A DNA stretch of 64,000 nucleotides. It comes from Negativicutes bacterium. Its GTDB lineage: Bacteria; Bacillota; Negativicutes; UBA1444. The position numbers and the translations under genes are program-made. The notes beneath the pieces are model-generated. The model ran no database searches, was not told the DNA's origin, and saw only the letters and a program-made list of their open reading frames with translations. Positions 33,943 through 44,897 of this stretch are shown here, in pieces. Location of the stretch: NCBI GenBank assembly GCA_963665275.2, contig CAXXIN010000016.1:192001-256000 (forward strand), read 5' to 3'. Numbering within the stretch: the first letter of the stretch is position 1; every line of letters starts with the position of its first letter.

Positions 33943-34121
33943 CACTGGTTTGCGGTAAATGCGGCGTGCCTCTGATAGCGGGGAAAGTCACGGTCCGGTA
34001 CCTGGACAGCGCCTTTCCGGTGGAATTGCCGAAATGCCCAAAATGTGGACTGACTTACGTGCCGGAACCGCTGGCAATCGGTAAAATGCTGGAAGTGGAA
34101 AAAGCGCTGGAGGACAAGTGA
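33939..34121 (+). CDS. DVU_1557-like small CxxC redox/zinc-ribbon protein
   Basis: CGKC..YL..FPVELPKCPKCG..VEKALEDK; GTGA overlap with the upstream gene. Confidence 0.8.
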   Translation: MTLVCGKCGVPLIAGKVTVRYLDSAFPVELPKCPKCGLTYVPEPLAIGKMLEVEKALEDK

Positions 34122-35260
34122 TCATGCCGGCGAAGCCCAAAATTGCTGCAATTATCCTGGCGGCGGGATATTCTTCGCGTATGAAGGAATGGAAGCCGTT
34201 GCTGCCCTTGGGAAATACATCAGTGATCGGGCACGTGATCAGCACGTTTCAAAAGGCTGGAGTTTCAGACATTGTAGTAGTGGCTGGTCATCGGGCGCCA
34301 GAACTGGCTGCGGCGATCCAGAGCAAGGCAGTGCGCTGCGTGGTGAATGAGCTCTACGACAAAGGCATGTACGAATCTGTCGTCACCGGTGTCCGGGCTT
34401 TGCCTGAGGATACAGAGGCTTTTTTCCTTTTGCCTGTGGATGTGCCGCTGGTCAAAAGCCATAGCATAAGGTTGCTGGCCCGTCATTTTGCCGCTGGCGC
34501 CGGTGGGATCATCTATCCGGTGTTTCAAGGACAACGGGGTCACCCACCGCTGATCAGTACCAGATTTGCACCGTTGATTCTGGCTGGATCCCCGCCTGGG
34601 GGACTGCGGGCCCTGCTTGAAGAGCATGACGAGTCGGCGCAGGAAGTGGCAGTGCTGGATGAAGGTATCCTGATGGACATGAATACGCAGGAGGACTACC
34701 GCCGAATCCAGGAGCGGTTACGGGACCGAACGACCCCTTCTCCGGATGAATGCGCGGCGATTCTGGTTCAGGCCGGCACACCGGAGGTCGTGGTGAAACA
34801 TGGACGTCAGGTAGCCAGCCTGGCAGGTGAAATATCAGCCCAGCTCAATCAGGCAGGCATGTTGCTGGATACTCGTCTGCTGCAAACAGCCGCACTCTTG
34901 CATGATCTGGCCAAAGGCAGAAAAAACCACGCACAGGTGGGTTGTCGCCTGTTGCAAAGCATGGGTTACCCTCAAGTGGCCAATATTGTTAAACGCCATA
35001 TGGATATGGAATTCGATGCGGAGTCAACACTGGATGAAGCTGGAGTGCTATACCTTGCTGACAAGCTGGTTTCTCAGGACCGGTTGGTTTCCCTTACGGA
35101 CCGCTTCATATCGGCATCAAAACGATATCCTGAAGCGCACCCGGCTCAGCCGTTTATTCGCCATCGCCTGGATACGGCTAACAGGATTGCCTCAGTGGTG
35201 GAGAAAATTATTGGTCAACCGCTGGACCGTATAATGAGAAAATTGGGAGCTAGTTATTGA
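34118..35260 (+). CDS. MocA-like nucleotidyltransferase fused to an HD domain (DVU_1551-like)
   Basis: ILAAGYSSRM..KPLL, PVDVP, GHPP, DMNT and then LLHDLAK. Confidence 0.88.
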   Translation: MIMPAKPKIAAIILAAGYSSRMKEWKPLLPLGNTSVIGHVISTFQKAGVSDIVVVAGHRAPELAAAIQSKAVRCVVNELYDKGMYESVVTGVRALPEDTEAFFLLPVDVPLVKSHSIRLLARHFAAGAGGIIYPVFQGQRGHPPLISTRFAPLILAGSPPGGLRALLEEHDESAQEVAVLDEGILMDMNTQEDYRRIQERLRDRTTPSPDECAAILVQAGTPEVVVKHGRQVASLAGEISAQLNQAGMLLDTRLLQTAALLHDLAKGRKNHAQVGCRLLQSMGYPQVANIVKRHMDMEFDAESTLDEAGVLYLADKLVSQDRLVSLTDRFISASKRYPEAHPAQPFIRHRLDTANRIASVVEKIIGQPLDRIMRKLGASY

Positions 35261-36652
35261 TGAAAAGTTCACCTGCGGTTTTATTAAGTGAAACACAGAG
35301 CCTTTGCCCGATATGTTTAAAGCGGGTAAAAGCCAAACGAGTGGCTTATGGCGATGATGTTTATTTGGAAAAAACCTGTGACCGGCATGGCGATTTTCGG
35401 GTAATTGTTTGGCGTGGCAATCCGCAGTACGGGAAGTGGAGCGTTGCCAGGCACCCTTCAACTCCGCCGGTCTGTGATACGCAGGTTGACAGAGGATGCC
35501 CTTATGACTGCGGACTGTGTCCAGACCATCGGCAACATTCCTGCTGCGTTTTGCTGGAGGTCACCAGTCGGTGCAATCTGGGCTGTCCGGTGTGCTTCGC
35601 GCAGGCAGGCAGTGCCTGTGATGATCCGACGCTTGCGGATATCGAGGGGTGGTACAAAAAACTATTAGCCAGCGGCGGTCCTTTCAACATCCAGCTATCT
35701 GGCGGTGAACCTACCATGCGGGATGATTTGCCGGAAATCATTGCGATGGGACGTTCGCTTGGCTTTGGATTTATTCAACTGAATACCAATGGCCTTCGCT
35801 TGGCAACGGAACCCGGGTATGTCCAAAAACTTAAAAACGCAGGATTGTCCTGTGTCTTTCTCCAGTTCGACGGGACGCGCAGCGACATTTACGAGAAGAT
35901 ACGGGGCAAGTCGATATTGGCAGCCAAAGAGGCGGTAGTGGCGAACTGCACGCAGCAGGGGCTTGGCGTTGTTTTGGTGGCGACACTAGTGCCCGGAGTG
36001 AATGCGAATAATATCGGCGATCTGATCAACTGGGGCTTGTCCCATGCCCCGACGGTCAGGGGCGTGCATTTCCAGCCCATCAGCTATTTCGGCCGCTATC
36101 CAATGACGCCTCAGGACTGCGACCGGATCACCCTGCCTGAATTGATGCGCGAAATCGAACGGCAGACGGATGGCAGGGTACAGGCGGCGGATTTGCGTCC
36201 CCCCGGCGGAGAAAATGCCTATTGTTCGTTTCACGGAAATTTTTGTAGTTATGCCGGATGGAGAGCTACAGGCCTTGGTGGCGGATAATCCATCAGGCTG
36301 CTGTCAGAGCGCTGTTGCTGGAGACGGTGCGAAGAAAGCGCAGGCCTTTGTGGCGAAACGGTGGACGTTGCCGGCTGAAAAAACAGCGGTGGCAGCGGAA
36401 AAATGTGTGGGCGATTGCTGTGGCGTTAATGTTGACAGCCTGGATTTTTTTCTAAACCGGGTGGAGCAGTATTCGTTCTGCATTTCGGCTATGGCGTTTC
36501 AGGATGTTTGGAACTTGGACCTGGACCGGTTGCGGGACTGTTTTATCCATGTGATGGCTCCTGATGGTAAGCTTATTCCTTTTTGCGCCTATAATCTGAC
36601 TTCCCAATCAGGAGTGGGGCTATATCGTGCTGGAGTTGTCAGCCAACCATGA
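35260..36652 (+). CDS. Radical SAM protein, TrsS-like, frameshifted near 36245
   Basis: SLCPIC..KTCDRHG, GCPYDCGLCPDH, CNLGCPVC, SGGEPT and the C-terminal CFIHV..IPFCAYN. Confidence 0.82.
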
Positions 36653-37977
36653 TGCGAAAAACGCCACTGGACATGTGGCTGGAGAATAGTATCGGCTGCG
36701 GCGGGGGCATGCTGAATCAGGAGCGGCTTCGTCAATATCAGCAAGAACGGTTGGCGGCAACGTTGAAGTGGGCGGCGGAAAAAAGCCCATTTTACCGTCG
36801 CCTGCTGCCAGATTGGGCGGCGATGGGGCTGGAGACGATGGACTCATGGCCGGATCTCCCTTTTACGACGGCTGATGACTTGCGCCAGCAGATGGATCAG
36901 AGTTTCTGTGCCTGTCGCAAAGCGAGATCTGCCGTGTGGTGACATTGGATACTTCGGGAACGGATGGTCGGCCGAAACGCCTTTATTTTACAGCTGACGA
37001 ACAGGAAACAACAGTGGATTTCTTTGCAGTGGGCATGTCGACGCTCGTGGGTCAAGGAGACAGGGTGTTGATCCTGCTGCCGGGTGAACGCCCGGGTAGC
37101 GTAGTGGAATTGTTGGAACGCGCCTTGAAAAAATTGGGTGCGGTACCGATCCCCCATGGACCGGTGCAGAATCTGGCGAAAACGCTGGAGTTGCTGCAGG
37201 TGAAAGCCGTAGACACGCTGGTAGGAATCCCGACTCAGGTGCTGGCGCTGGCACGCTATTCGTTGATGCGTGCTGAACCTGTCCGGCTAAAAAGTGTATT
37301 GTTGAGTACGGATCATGCGGCAAAAACTCTGGTGCAGGCAATCGAAAAAAGCTGGCAATGCCAGGTGTTCGATCACTATGGCATGACCGAAATGGGTTTG
37401 GGTGGCGGCGTTGATTGCGAGGCTCACGCCGGCTATCATTTGCGGACGCGGACTTGTATTTTGAAGTGGTTGATACCGTGACAGGCGAACCGGCGCAGGA
37501 TGAGCCGAAGGAGAAGTCGTATTTACGACGCTGACGCGGCGGGGCATGCCGCTGATCCGCTATCGCAGCGGCGATATCGCCAGGTTTTTGCCGGAACCCT
37601 GTAGTTGTGGTTCAAGACTCAGGCGACTGGACTATATCCGCCGTCGCGTGGAGGGGCCCGCACAACTGGACGCGAATTGTGTTTTGACGATGGAAGAGCT
37701 TGACGAATGGCTGTTCGCAGTACCCGGAGTAATCGATTTCTTTGCCACTGTTGATTCCAGAAGCAAACCGGTGCAGCTTTCCATCCAACTGCTGACGATC
37801 GGAGAGGCGGCAGCGGCCCGGCGGCAGGCAAGGCAGCGAGTGGAGCTGCTGCCGGCACTGCGCGATTTGCAAGTAAATAAGGGCCTTACCCTTGATATTC
37901 AGGCGGTCGTCTGTGATGGAAGTCTGCCGATGGCTGCCGGGAAGCGAAAAATCAACAAAATAGGAGGATCGGCGTGA
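36649..37977 (+). CDS. PaaK-like AMP-dependent CoA ligase (DVU_1553-like), frameshifted
   Basis: SPFYR, TSGTDGRPKR, DHYGMTE and MPLIRYRSGD in successive frames. Confidence 0.82.
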
Positions 37978-38574
37978 GAAATAAGACGGTGTATCTGCTG
38001 CGGCACGGAAAGATAGCAGTTGGGGGAGAGCAGCGGCGCTACATCGGTCAAGCCGATATTCCGTTGGAGGCTGCAGGAATCTGCCAGGCAGAACGACTGC
38101 AAGGCCGGTTGGCGAAAATCGGATTCGCGGCTGTATATTGCAGCGACCTGGTGCGAAGCCGGGAAACAGCTAGAATCATTGCCGACAGAACGCAGGCATG
38201 CGTCGAGGTCCGGCCGAAACTGCGCGAAATCAATCTAGGGGGAATGGGAGGGGCTTACCTTTGACGAAGTCGCCCGACGTTTCCCGGGTGAGTTTGAGGC
38301 GCGCGGCAAAGACATCGCCTATTATCGCACGCCTGGAGGCGAAAGTTTCGCTGACTGCAGCCAGCGTATAGTAGCGGCTTTTCATGCAATCATGGCTGAA
38401 GCAGAGGAACCGGTGGTAATTGTCGGTCACGCCGGGGTCAACCGGTTGATCTTGTGTTATGTGCTGGGAATGCCGCTGACCAATCTTTTTCGAATTCGAC
38501 AGGATTATGGCTGTATTAATGTCATTCAGTATGCGGGGACCAGCGGACAGATAAAACTGATTAATTCGGTATAA
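37974..38574 (+). CDS. Histidine phosphatase family protein, frameshifted near 38240
   Basis: LLRHG, SDLVRSRETA, LREI, PGGES and GHAGVNR. Confidence 0.85.
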
Positions 38575-38607
38575 GGGTGCTTGCGAGTTGCAAGGGAGGG
38601 AGATGCA

Positions 38608-39063
38608 ATGAAAGAAGAGGAACGTATATTCGAGCTCCATTTGCAGGGCTTTCACTGTGCTCAGATCTTGTTGATGATGGGCTTGGAACATCAGGGGAAA
38701 GAGGATCCTGATCTGATCCGGGCAATGAACGGTCTTTCCGGTGGTTTGGGTTTTCAGGGGAAAAACTGCGGCGCATTGAGTGGAGGAGCCTGTCTGTTGG
38801 CGCTGTTTGCCGGGCGGGGCAAGCTAGAAGAGACGGAACATCGCTCTTTGAATCTGATGATCCAACAGCTTGTGGAGTGGTTCGAAGTAGGGTACGGTGA
38901 GGAGTATGGAGGAATCGATTGCAGCAAAATATTGGGCGGAGATCCGTGGAACCGTATGACCCGTTGTCCGAAGCTGATCAGCGAAACTTATTTCATGGTA
39001 CGGGAACTGCTCAAGGAGAACGGCCTGGCTTTTCAGACCGACCTGACGGACGATGAAATCTGA
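38608..39063 (+). CDS. C-GCAxxG-C-C family protein (DVU_1555-like)
   Basis: GFHCAQ, CGALSGG and IDC..C; GGAGG RBS. Confidence 0.88.
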   Translation: MKEEERIFELHLQGFHCAQILLMMGLEHQGKEDPDLIRAMNGLSGGLGFQGKNCGALSGGACLLALFAGRGKLEETEHRSLNLMIQQLVEWFEVGYGEEYGGIDCSKILGGDPWNRMTRCPKLISETYFMVRELLKENGLAFQTDLTDDEI

Positions 39064-39074
39064 ATAAGAATGAC

Positions 39075-39105
39075 AAAAAAGCACCGTTTTGAAGGGTGCT
39101 TTTTT
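39075..39105. terminator. Bidirectional terminator
   Basis: AAAAAAGCACC...GGTGCTTTTTT. Confidence 0.8.
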
Positions 39106-39134
39106 AGATCCGGGAGCGATTTTGCGAAAGCGAA

Positions 39135-39447
39135 TTACACTGGCTGGATGAATACTTCCATGGCGCCGCCGCACACCATTCCAATATCAGCTGCGTCTGC
39201 ACCAAGCATGGAGATCGATACAATGCAGGGATGGCCGGTATCAAGGACCAACAGGGCCTTGAGTTTGGCTTCGGCTTCAGAGCAACCTCCACCGATCGTT
39301 CCATAAGTTTCCCCCACCAGGGAATACCAGCATTTTCGCACCCGCCTTGCATGGCGCCGAGCCCGCGGTGGAAATGATGGTCGCCAATGCTGTCGGTTGT
39401 TTGTTTTCCAGGCGCTGTGCCAGCATACGCAGCAAATCCTCAGTCAT
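39135..39447 (-). CDS. Stand-alone XdhC/CoxI domain protein, frameshifted
   Basis: ALATII..GSAP.KAGAKM, then GTIGGGCSE and GMVCGG.MEVFI. Confidence 0.82.
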
Positions 39448-40214
39448 GTTTCTCCTTCCTTGTCGCACTGAGCGGCTGACAGGTTCCGCCTTTGGCGGTG
39501 GATACGATCTCGGCTGCAATGCTTAACGCGATCTCCGCCGGAGATTGCGCATGAATATCGAGCCCAATAGGAGCCCGCACCCGTTGCAGCAATGCGGGAC
39601 CCGCTCCATCCTGGCGTAGTGCTTCAAAAACAGTGGCAACTTTATGCTTGCTGCCAATCATTCCGATATAGAAAGCTTCACTCGGCAATGCCTGTCGCAG
39701 GCATTCCAAATCATGCTGATGGCCCGCGCGTCACGATCACGATGGCTGTTGCCGGCGTATATTCAAGCTGCGCAAATGCATTTTGAAAGGAGTTGCATAT
39801 TACTTTCTGCGCAGTTGGAAATCTTGCTGCGTTAGCGAAATCCGGTCGATCATCCACGACTGTAACCGAGTATCCGACCTTGGAGAGGAACTCCGCTAAA
39901 GGTTGGCTGATATGTCCGCCGCCAAAGATAACCGCCTGTTGCTGGAATGAAAGTCTGTCCCAGAAAAAATCGAAGTCAGGCCGCCCGACAAGCTGAAACA
40001 GTTTTGGCCTCTCCCATACTGCGTTGGTTAGATGATGCAGAATGTCGGCCGTCACCTCAGCGTTTATTATGCAGCCTTTTGCAGGACCATCTGAATAAAT
40101 CAACGCTTGTTGTCCAATATATTCTTGGAAGGAGGACGGTCCTCGGACCAATGTGACAATAAATACGGGTTGCTCCGACTGGGCATCTTTCAGAAGCTCC
40201 GAAAACAAATTCAC
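39440..40214 (-). CDS. XdhC Rossmann-domain protein, frameshifted near 39715
   Basis: IFGGGHI, DDRPDFAN, IVTRG, YIGMIGS and APIGLDI..PAEIALSI. Confidence 0.85.
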
Positions 40215-40399
40215 CGTGTTGGGGTCAGCCCCTTTCGCTCATATTTATATCAACCTTTTTCTGTAACAGTCGCATTAAGCAAAGGTGGGGATTTACGGTT
40301 TATCTGGATACTTACAGCAACATTCTACCATTGTGCCCATTGTATTTCCAGTGATGAGTATATAATCGGCGAAATAGGTGGCTGTTATCCGACAAAGGA

Positions 40400-40455
40400 T
40401 TGACAGGCAAATATAACGATGTTATATTTATGTTCGCAGTATAACAATGTTATAT
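40400..40455 (+). promoter_or_regulatory. Promoter with two palindromic (TetR-type) operators
   Basis: TTGACA-17-TATATT; ATATAACGATGTTATAT at 40411-40427 and TATAACAATGTTATA at 40440-40454. Confidence 0.8.
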
Positions 40456-40514
40456 TTGCAAGATTCGTTGTCCGTATGCGCGTGCCAATCTATAACTAAA
40501 GCGAGGTTGTTGCG

Positions 40515-41905
40515 ATGAAAATTCTGGTACTCAACGGCAGTCCCAAGGGCGATCTCAGCGTTACCATGCAATACGTTGCTTTCCTGCAAAAAATGAATCC
40601 GGAGCATACACTCAAAATTATTAACATTGCCCAACAGATCAAAAAAATTGAGCAAAGTGAGTCCGACCTCAATGAAATCGTGGAGGAAATAAAAAACGCC
40701 GACGGTTTGCTGTGGGCTTTTCCGCTATACGTCTTTTTGGTTCATTCTCAATACAAGCGATTTATTGAACTCATCCAAGAAAGAAATGTTACGGATGCAT
40801 TCCGGGGAAAATATACCGCAGTGCTGACTACATCGATTCATTTTTTTGACCACACCGCGCATCAATATATGAGGGGGGATATGTGACGACCTGGATATGA
40901 ATTTCTGTGATTCATTCTCGGCCGGTATGCGTGATTTGTTTAAAGATCGTGAAAGAAACAATTTGCTGAATTTTTACAACGGATTTCTCGATGCAGGTCA
41001 AAGAAAAGCACCCTGCGCCAAGCTGTATGCGCCGTTGATCGATAATATTCCGGAATATATTCCCGGTCAGGGCAAAATTGCCGCTGGAGCAATCGACCCC
41101 AAACGCAAAATTGTCATTGTTACCGACGCGGGAGAACACCAGGTCAACCTCCAGCGGATGATCGAGCACTTTGCCGCCCAGTTTGCGGAGCATCCGGAAG
41201 TGGTGAATTTACACCAGATCGATATTAAAGGCAGTTGTCTGGGCTGCATCCGCTGCGGTTATGACAATCGCTGCGTCTATACAGGGCGTGATGGGTTCAT
41301 TGATATGTACAACAAGTTAAAAACAGCGGATGTTCTGGTTTTTGCCGGGACGATTCGTGATCGATACTTGTCATCCTTGTGGAAGACGTTTTTTGATCGT
41401 GCTTTTTTCAACACCCACATGCCTTCTTTTGCAGGCAAACAGCTTGCTTTTCTGGTGAGCGGGGCCCTTGCGGCAGTTGCCGAACCTCAGGCAAATCTTG
41501 GAAGCCTATGCGGAACTCCAACAAGCAAACCTGGCGGGAATCGTCACCGATGAGCAGCCCGAATCCAGCGCAACTGATTCCGCGCTGCAGGAACTAGCGC
41601 TGCGGAGCCTGAACTATGCCGAATGCAACTATAGAAGACCAAGCACTTTCCTCGGCGTAGGCGGAACCAAAATATTTCGGGATGAAGTCTGGGGGCCGCT
41701 CCGATTTCCATTTGTCGCCGATCACCAGTATTACAAACGGCATGGAGTGTACGATTTTCCACAGAACGATTATGCGTCCCGGGTGCGCAACTTCTTTTTA
41801 GGGCTGCTGGCGAAATTCCCAGCGATCCGCAAAGAGCTTTATGGGCAAAAAATGACCGAATATATGATTAAAGATTATAAAATGTTCATTGAAAGGGGAC
41901 GTTAG
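40515..41905 (+). CDS. Tandem flavodoxin-like NAD(P)H-dependent oxidoreductase, frameshifted
   Basis: LNGSPKG, AFPLY, GSCLGCIRCG and KTFFDR across three frames. Confidence 0.8.
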
Positions 41906-41909
41906 CAGG

Positions 41910-42566
41910 ATGGATAACGTTGATCAGGCCGATACTCGCAGCGTAATTCTGGCGCAGGCCCGTGAGCTTTTTTTAACGCTGGGGTACCATAAGACAACGA
42001 TGCGCAATATTGCCGAAGCGGCAGGGATTTCTACCGGGCCGCTGTATTTTCACTTCCGCGACAAGGCTGCAGTGTTCTTTTATATTTGCAGTGAGGCTTT
42101 TGACTGTCTGGGGGCTGAATTTTGTCGTATTTCCAAGGAAGTGGAGGGCGCCGGCGAGCGTCTCCGCAATATATTCTTGGCCTATAAGGCTTTTTACTAC
42201 CGGGAACCGCAGCTTTTTGCGATGATGCATTTGGCTACAGATCCCATGTCCGGAATTGGTCTGCCGGAGTCCCTGGCCGAGGCCTTGTTGCAAAAAGGGA
42301 TTGCATTGGTCAAGATTATGGAGGATATCATTCGGGATGGAATTACCTGCAAGGAGATCAGGCCGGTTGATCCGGCCAAGCTAGCCGTATACTTGTATTC
42401 GGTCGCCGAAGGGATTTTTGTCTCCAATCGCATGGGCGTTCTGAGGCAACAGAATATTGGCATGGATGAAATGATTGATGCTGCGATTGAATTGGTTGGT
42501 GTGGGAATGGTCGATATGGGCGGATCAGGAGTTGGAGCTCAGACAGGCACGATGAGGGGCGAGTAG
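41910..42566 (+). CDS. TetR/AcrR family regulator
   Basis: GYHKTTMRNIAEAAGISTGPLYFHFRDK helix-turn-helix. Confidence 0.92.
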   Translation: MDNVDQADTRSVILAQARELFLTLGYHKTTMRNIAEAAGISTGPLYFHFRDKAAVFFYICSEAFDCLGAEFCRISKEVEGAGERLRNIFLAYKAFYYREPQLFAMMHLATDPMSGIGLPESLAEALLQKGIALVKIMEDIIRDGITCKEIRPVDPAKLAVYLYSVAEGIFVSNRMGVLRQQNIGMDEMIDAAIELVGVGMVDMGGSGVGAQTGTMRGE

Positions 42567-42665
42567 GCGGGAGAAGTCGAAAAAATATCGGTGAAATTGA
42601 GAAAAATATCATCAATAATGACGGACTCAGAATTTTTCAGAGTTTATCATGATTATGTGGAATAG

Positions 42666-42708
42666 GAACAAAGACGGTCCCGGCTAAATTTCCGGAACCG
42701 TCTTTGTT
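42666..42708. terminator. Strong hairpin/terminator
   Basis: AACAAAGACGGT...ACCGTCTTTGTT. Confidence 0.7.
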
Positions 42709-42832
42709 TGTTAATAGGTCTAATTCCGCTGGCTTTCCGAGGCGCTCTTTTCGCGAAGTAGCAGTATAAGAAGTGATCCGATAGCTGAAACCTTTGGGTG
42801 GACAATTGAGTGAAAACAAATCGAGAATAATA

Positions 42833-43420
42833 TTATTTGTGAAATGTGGAAATCATATAATCAATAAAGGTCTGGGTCGATTTAGAAACATAACGTCCCT
42901 TTTTCCAAACTAAACCAATATTCAAGTTTAAAGAGGTCGCCATTGGAACCGTGAAAATTGATGGATCGTCAAGTACAGAAAGCTCCATAAGAAACGAGAT
43001 GCCGATATTGCGCGAGACAAGCGTTTTGATCGTTTGAATTTGGCTGGAGGAAAAGACGATGTTGGGAATAAAACCATTCTTTTTACACTGATCAATGATG
43101 ATATCACGCAACCTGGCGCCAGGCATTCTCATGATAAAACGTTCGTTTTGCAAATCGGGAAAGGAAACTGATTTTTGCAACCGCAAGGGATGCGCTTCTG
43201 CGACACAAAGTAACACATTCTGATTGAAGAGAAATTTTGTCCGCATAGTAGACAGGTTATCAGACAATACAACAATGCCGATATCAAGATCATCCTTTTC
43301 CAACAAGCTCACTATTTTTCCTGATTCGATTTCTGAGGCGACAAGGTTAAGGTGCGGGTAAAGTGAGTTGAATTCGCCGAAAATGCGTGGAAAAAGATAG
43401 TTTCCGATTTGCTGCTGCGT
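42833..43420 (-). pseudogene. LysR substrate-binding domain lacking the HTH
   Basis: IGNYLFP..F...YPHL, LDIGI, HPL and GISFL; no N-terminal HTH or RBS. Confidence 0.75.
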
Positions 43421-43655
43421 GAAATAAAAAGTAAGGTTGAACAATTGCCTTCAATTAAAAAAGTGAGACGTGTGGATATTAAAAAAACCAACGTCTCTTT
43501 TTTTTAGTTGTATTAGTGTGCTAAGCAATAATTTCTATGTAGAGGAGATTAGTGGAGATATTATCCGATAACGTGCGGCTCTATGACAATGTGGGCGAAG
43601 CGTCATAATACAAAACCAATCTTTTCTGCAATTGCCGTATTTACAACAAAGCGGG

Positions 43656-44897
43656 CTATGTATTCCGTTTGCTTAAGGTGCGAACTAATGTAAAAATCAA
43701 TACCAGTGAAATTGAAGCAATTGCGCCGTTAACCAAATAGTTATCCTGAATCTCCGGCCAAAATTTTGTTGTTCCCGTGTTGTCCAGGCTCGCTGCGATT
43801 ATACAGTTATCCTGGGGTTCTTTCTCGACGAAAATTTGCTGCAAGGCCATTTCATAGACCGGTTTCTCCGCTTTGGAATTGGCAAAATACAGACGGTAAG
43901 GGCCGGTGCCTAGATCTTGAAAGACCAGTTTATCCACAAAGTATTCGGCTCGAATTTCTTTAATTGGTAGCGGGCGATCATCCCTGTTGTTGATCTTGAT
44001 GACAAAGGCATTTGCAGACAGCTGTTTTCTTAACGAGATTCCTTTGTTGGCTATGTTTACCCCTGAAAATTGCAGGTTATAGATTTCCCCGGATTGTAAT
44101 GGGGATAGGCTCCTGACATCGTCGAAGATGGAGTAATTTCGTTGGAAATTATCTCCGACATCAAACACAATCCTTTTGATATGCAGCATATTCGGATTCC
44201 TCACGGTAATGATTGTTTCCCGCTGCTCATTTTTCATTTCGGTTTCCGGAATAAAGCTGCGCTCGTAACGACTCCACTCCGCCCGATATTTCGCATACGC
44301 CAGTTTCATCTCTCCCGGAACCAGATCGTCATTATTGTCCGGCATTTTAACCCGGTAGTAGGAAAATCTTCGAACTTCCCCAAGCAGAACTTCGTTGCGA
44401 ATCCGGCCATCCACTCTGTAAATTTGCCCATTCGTAACAAGCTGCCATTTCACATTGTCGTAGCTGCCATAAATCTCAATTTGCTTAACAAAGTTGCGAT
44501 TGGGAAGCAAACCAAACACCAGTTTGTTGGCTGTTGGATCAATGCCGGTCTGCACCGCAACTGCATAGTCGAAGTATCGATCGTCATCCTTTTTAAAGGA
44601 CAGAATGGAGCGGGTAGTGATCAATGTCTCATTCTGCTCCAGAGTAACATTGCCCGCCTGGATATAGAAAGGCACATGTTGGCTGGCATTGTCAACAAGT
44701 CTGAGATCAGCGAGATTTGGAAGTGCGTGTGCATAAACTTCGTCTGTAAGAAACACGGCTTTATATTTGTTGCTTCCATGAATTTCCAGCGGAGCGAAAC
44801 GACCCCAGTCGGACATGTCGGCTGCAAAGGCCAATGCTGGAATCCCCAACATTGCCACAAGGAATCCAACAAACCATGCCTTATTCATTTTTGCCAT
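43656..44897 (-). CDS. Exported, C-terminally anchored protein (DUF3999-like)
   Basis: Signal peptide, LADLRLVD..VPF and a C-terminal TM; coupled to the DUF2339-like gene. Confidence 0.65.
   Translation of the reverse strand: MAKMNKAWFVGFLVAMLGIPALAFAADMSDWGRFAPLEIHGSNKYKAVFLTDEVYAHALPNLADLRLVDNASQHVPFYIQAGNVTLEQNETLITTRSILSFKKDDDRYFDYAVAVQTGIDPTANKLVFGLLPNRNFVKQIEIYGSYDNVKWQLVTNGQIYRVDGRIRNEVLLGEVRRFSYYRVKMPDNNDDLVPGEMKLAYAKYRAEWSRYERSFIPETEMKNEQRETIITVRNPNMLHIKRIVFDVGDNFQRNYSIFDDVRSLSPLQSGEIYNLQFSGVNIANKGISLRKQLSANAFVIKINNRDDRPLPIKEIRAEYFVDKLVFQDLGTGPYRLYFANSKAEKPVYEMALQQIFVEKEPQDNCIIAASLDNTGTTKFWPEIQDNYLVNGAIASISLVLIFTLVRTLSKRNT

Noticed and set aside
31650-39063. Selenocysteine read-through in the TrsS-like cluster
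   Set aside because: I found no in-frame TGA at Cys-motif positions. The ORF breaks are frame changes, and the TGA codons are ordinary overlapping stops.
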